The notes under the pieces were generated by a model, which saw nothing but the letters and a program-made list of their open reading frames with translations, was not told where the DNA came from and made no database searches. Shown piece by piece: positions 30,221 to 33,403 of a DNA stretch of 33,403 bases. The stretch is from assembly GCA_019894975.1 (NCBI GenBank), contig JAGXNO010000040.1, forward strand, positions 1-33,403, given 5' to 3'. Origin of the DNA: Promethearchaeota archaeon (lineage in GTDB: Archaea > Asgardarchaeota > Lokiarchaeia > Sigyniarchaeales > SOKP01). Numbering within the stretch: the stretch's first letter is position 1; each line of letters starts with the position of its first letter. The translations under genes and the position numbers were made by a program.

Positions 30221-30954
30221 GTTTTCTTCTTATCAGCTAAATTAAAAGTACGATTATTGATAGCGTTCAATTTTTTAAGAGAAACTCGTAGGTTATTCTT
30301 CAAGAACTTAAATACTTCTGTGTTCTTCAAATTAAAGATTTTTAAATACTCATAAGCCAGCGCTAAATCTTGTTTTATATCTACATCAAAACCAGCTCTA
30401 AAGGAATCATAAATTATCAAATTTTTTATTCCTTTGGTGTTTGCATTGTTAAGCAATGCGACTAATGATGGGGTGTTTGGATCTGAAAAGTACGAGGGGA
30501 TAATGTTAGGAGGATTTCTCCCTAGTATTGATACACCTGCGGAATGAATAGCAGGACACACTAATAATTGATTTTCTTTTACAAGGGAATTAATCTCATT
30601 AAAATTTTTCGATGTAATTAAAATGAGATCTAAAAAAGCAATAGTAGTTTGAAGGGCATTATATTTCTCTAAAGCAATTCTATTTATGGAATCTATAACT
30701 TCATCAAAAGTTTTTGAAGGATCTATTTGAACTTCTTTGATTCCAATTAAACTAAAGTCCTCTGCAATTTCTAAAATTTCTGGGGTAGTACAGTAAACAA
30801 TTTTATGCTCGAAACAATTCACATCAGTTAAAGTTGAACAAAGATCTTTAAACATCGCGATAGTTAAATCTTTAAGTTGGTCTATGGAAAAGCAATCTCT
30901 AAGACGGGTTTTTGTTCTTGATAAAGGAGCAACAGGTATTAATAATGTACTCAT
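30217..30954 (-). CDS. cofC: 2-phospho-L-lactate/PEP guanylyltransferase (F420 biosynthesis)
   Basis: LIPVAPLSRTKTRL, AMFKD, DL.L and FDVD...DL motifs. Confidence 0.8.
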   Translation of the reverse strand: MSTLLIPVAPLSRTKTRLRDCFSIDQLKDLTIAMFKDLCSTLTDVNCFEHKIVYCTTPEILEIAEDFSLIGIKEVQIDPSKTFDEVIDSINRIALEKYNALQTTIAFLDLILITSKNFNEINSLVKENQLLVCPAIHSAGVSILGRNPPNIIPSYFSDPNTPSLVALLNNANTKGIKNLIIYDSFRAGFDVDIKQDLALAYEYLKIFNLKNTEVFKFLKNNLRVSLKKLNAINNRTFNLADKKKT

Positions 30955-31040
30955 AATGTCTGGATAATGAAATAATCTTAAAATATAACAGATGATCTTG
31001 AAGACAAAAATAAACTTTACTATTTAAGATTATTTAGTAC

Positions 31041-31604
31041 TTATTTCAATTTATTTAAAATTTGGATGGATAAGCTCTCAAAAGCTTTATCTACGTTTTT
31101 ATTTAATTTTGCAGAGGTTTCAAAGTATTCAACGCCAAACCCCTTCGCTTTTTTTTCAGCCTCCTCAATAGAAACAGTTCGCTCTTGGATCATATCTATT
31201 TTATTGCCAAGAAGGATAAGCGGAATGTCTCCACTCAAATCCTTTATTTTTTGATACCAGAAATTAATGTTTTCAAAAGATTCTCTGTCTAAAATATCAT
31301 AGATTATAAATGCGCCTACGGCTTGAACGAAATAATATTCTGTGCTGAATAATTTATCGTGTTGACCACCCAAATCCCAGAAGTAAAGCCTAAAGCCTTT
31401 ATCTTTAATATCCCTCTTTAAATTTGGATTTTCTATATTAAGTTTATCAACTACGACCCTTAAATCAATTTCTTTTATTAAAAAATTAGCTCCAAGAGTT
31501 TGTATATATTCTTCAATGAACTTACCATCGACATATACACTTAGTAGAGAAGATTTTCCAACCCCTGCATCTCCACACAGAATTACTTTACCTCGATATG
31601 ACAT
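31041..31604 (-). CDS. Rab-like small GTPase (Ras superfamily) without a C-terminal prenylation motif
   Basis: G1 GDAGVGKS, G2 TLG, G3 WDLGGQ, G4 NKID and G5 ETSAK. Confidence 0.93.
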   Translation of the reverse strand: MSYRGKVILCGDAGVGKSSLLSVYVDGKFIEEYIQTLGANFLIKEIDLRVVVDKLNIENPNLKRDIKDKGFRLYFWDLGGQHDKLFSTEYYFVQAVGAFIIYDILDRESFENINFWYQKIKDLSGDIPLILLGNKIDMIQERTVSIEEAEKKAKGFGVEYFETSAKLNKNVDKAFESLSIQILNKLK

Positions 31605-31728
31605 ACGATAGGATCCCCCAATCTCTTATATTTTTAATAAGAATTTTGTCTTAATTTTTAACTTATATTATTTATTTTCTTTAGGTATAATATATATTTT
31701 TTTGAAAAATTGCACTTATGCAAAAGAG

Positions 31729-32565
31729 TTAATGATTATTTTGTGATTTTTTGGGAGTTAATTGTATTAATTTACACTGATTGGTAATGAAGTATTTAAA
31801 TAGATGGATGTACCCCTGAAGCTGTTTAGGGTTACCATTTTCTAACCACAAACCAGAAGTATATTCGGGGGCGTCTTTCACTTGATCTAAAGTAGTAAGT
31901 AAGAATTGATTATCAGCAATTAATAATCCAAAGGGTATTATATTATCTCCCTCAATAGAGTGGACGGTAATAGAAACTTTTAGTAATTTCTTAATTTCTT
32001 CCTTTAAATTATCATAATATTTTAATGCAATTACGACTTGAATAGGAGAAGAAAATTTTTTGTTCCAAAGTTCTCGAAGAACCCACTCATAACCACCTAA
32101 TTCTTGCATAAGTAGATCTGGTGTAATAATGAAGAAGATCCGTTCCGTCGCAGTACTTATTAGTTCTTTTATTTTTTTCCTTATTTTTAATCTTGAATTT
32201 ATAGCCCACACACGTGGTTCATTTTCTTCTTTCGTAATTTCCAGGTCACTAATTAGTTTTTCAAGCACTAAGGTGTCTTCAATTTTTTGCTTGTATTCAT
32301 CTCTTATTACGCTAAATATTCTTTCAATTGGTATTACTTGGTAATTTGCCCCTCTCTTAATCGGTTCTTTTTGAATAAAGCCCTTCTCTATTAATCTGTT
32401 TAAAGAATCATAAACTCTGGCTCTATCTACACTTGAATGCTTCGCGATATCAGCGGGACTCAATATTTTGTATTTACACAAAGTTAGCAATACTTTTGAG
32501 TCATTTTTGGTGAAATTTAGCGATTGAAGAGCTACTGCAATTTCAGATTCTTCTAGTTCGTTCAT
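31729..32565 (-). CDS. TrmB-family transcriptional regulator
   Basis: N-terminal wHTH (DIAKHSSVDRARVYDSLNRLIEKGFI) and a C-terminal PLD-like effector domain. Confidence 0.85.
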   Translation of the reverse strand: MNELEESEIAVALQSLNFTKNDSKVLLTLCKYKILSPADIAKHSSVDRARVYDSLNRLIEKGFIQKEPIKRGANYQVIPIERIFSVIRDEYKQKIEDTLVLEKLISDLEITKEENEPRVWAINSRLKIRKKIKELISTATERIFFIITPDLLMQELGGYEWVLRELWNKKFSSPIQVVIALKYYDNLKEEIKKLLKVSITVHSIEGDNIIPFGLLIADNQFLLTTLDQVKDAPEYTSGLWLENGNPKQLQGYIHLFKYFITNQCKLIQLTPKKSQNNH

Positions 32566-32991
32566 TTTTTGTATGTTAATTCTATAATACTAACTTGGTA
32601 GTAAAATTATAATTTCATCTATAATGAAATAGTCTAAAATCTTATATTTTAACTTTCTTTTTTAGATAAAATTTAGAACCTAAAGATCTGAAAAAGAAAA
32701 ATAATATTCAGTGAGATAGACTTTAAACTACATCATTTAAACCTTTAGTATCTGATAAATTAAAATTCCATTAGTTTAGAGGTTAAATCTAGTTAAACTT
32801 TAGGTTTTTAAGATTATGGCTACAATAAAAATTCAACAACGGTTAATAATGGGCTAACTAACTTTCGTTAAGATTTATTGAATTGTTAATAAAAGTGAAA
32901 AAGTGGAAAATTAGGATTCATAGCATTTATTTCCGACAAAACTAAAAAATAATTGTTATTAGAAATTAATATCATATTAATAAAACGATCT

Positions 32992-33019
32992 AATTTTCGA
33001 ACATAACGATTCGAAAATT
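32992..33019. promoter_or_regulatory. perfect 10-bp inverted repeat upstream of the histone promoter
   Basis: AATTTTCGAA-CATAACGA-TTCGAAAATT. Confidence 0.55.
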
Positions 33020-33053
33020 TTCTATAAAGAGATTATCAATTCGAATCATAACA

Positions 33054-33061
33054 TTTATATA
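33054..33061 (+). promoter_or_regulatory. putative TATA box for the histone gene
   Basis: TTTATATA ends about 70 nt upstream of the ATG. A GGAGG RBS lies at 33121-33125. Confidence 0.5.
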
Positions 33062-33132
33062 ATAGAAATGTGTAGTTATAATTAATTACCATCTAAATAA
33101 TAATCCTATAAAATTAAAGTGGAGGAATAAAA

Positions 33133-33403
33133 ATGGCTAAAAAGAAAGCTCCTGCAAAAGCTCCTGCAAAGAAAGGTGATAGTTATATCGCCAAAAAGGT
33201 TTCAAACCTCTTGAAATCTGGGTATGCGCCTATCCGCAGGTTGATGAAAAAGGAAGGGGCTGATCTAGTCGCGGCTGAAGTAAATTAGGTAGTGTCCTAA
33301 TTACGGTTAAAGCGCTAGATAAGCTCATAGGCTTCCTAGAGGGTTCGGCTGCAAAGGCTACCAAGGAAGCAATCAATGTCTGCAAAGCAGATAAGCGTAA
33401 GAG
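33133..33403 (+). CDS. archaeal histone with an N-terminal tail, split into three exons (33133-33195, 33226-33278, 33311->33403); 3'-partial and not in the ORF track
   Basis: Joined exons give MAKKKAPAKAPAKKGDSYIAKAPIRRLMKKEGADLVAAEALDKLIGFLEGSAAKATKEAINVCKADKRK..., matching alpha1-L1-alpha2-L2 of the HMf-type histone fold. Confidence 0.9.
33196..33225 (+). other. putative 30-nt BHB/BHL-type intron 1 (in frame, no stop)
   Basis: Central helix GCCA/GGGU (3 pairs plus A.G), bulges AAA and AUG, and a 9-bp intron stem AGGUUUCAA/UUGAAAUCU. Standard cut positions give IAK|APIRR. Confidence 0.72.
33279..33310 (+). other. putative 32-nt canonical BHB intron 2 (frame-shifting, contains stops)
   Basis: Exon stem AUCUAG(U)CGC/GCGCUAGAU, central helix GGCU/GGUU, bulges GAA and AAA, and intron stem GUA(A)AUUAGG/CCUAAUUAC. 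Standard cut positions give GCU GA|A GCG CUA (AEAL). Confidence 0.88.

Noticed and set aside
31404-31460. GTPase insertion as another in-frame BHB intron
   Set aside because: I could not find a hairpin or bulge-helix-bulge geometry by eye, so it was treated as a protein insertion.
610-32344. Short antisense or nested ORFs in the track (e.g. 610..810, 4630..4863, 14561..14860, 19403..19810, 25438..25755, 27592..27882, 32129..32344)
   Set aside because: They are shadow frames of well-supported genes and carry no motifs.
32660-32815. Loose TTAAAC(C)TTTAG-like repeats upstream of trmB (possible CRISPR or origin repeats)
   Set aside because: They are short, degenerate and irregularly spaced, with no spacer periodicity and no cas or cdc6 gene nearby.
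33279-33310. Histone as a simple frameshifted pseudogene or programmed frameshift
   Set aside because: The insert is about 11 codons too long for the histone fold, contains in-frame stops, and matches BHB geometry exactly. The flanking exons show no decay.
33280-33312. Spliceosomal-looking GT...AG boundaries (GTAAAT...TAAAG) in histone insert 2
   Set aside because: Removing these 33 nt gives GAA CGC TAG, an immediate stop. Only a 32-nt excision, as defined by the BHB motif, restores the frame.

Overview
AT-rich archaeal window, best read as Asgard archaea of the Lokiarchaeia type. This assignment is inferred from the archaeal S13-S4-S11 cluster, GGTGA/GGAGG ribosome-binding sites, a Rab-like small GTPase, a tailed histone and Sec-encoding hdrA/vhuD. 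Most of the window is housekeeping or metabolic: NadE, SerRS, CofC, a FATP-type acyl-CoA synthetase, a ZIP transporter, an orphan N6-adenine methyltransferase and TrmB. The ORF track misses three things. (1) At the right edge is a histone gene with a Lys/Ala/Pro-rich N-terminal tail, interrupted by two short hairpin inserts (30 and 32 nt). Each insert sits in a bulge-helix-bulge (BHB) type splice motif, and cutting at the standard BHB positions restores an exact histone fold. These are candidate tRNA-type introns in an Asgard histone mRNA and the top finding here. (2) An hdrA-vhuD-frhB operon carries four in-frame UGA codons at conserved Cys positions (selenocysteine), with one SECIS-like structure after vhuD. 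(3) A 53-aa CdrS-like ribbon-helix-helix protein. Several genes look truncated or chimeric (about 750, 2100 and 19540), which may be amplification or assembly artefacts. All RNA structures were folded by eye and no database searches were run.
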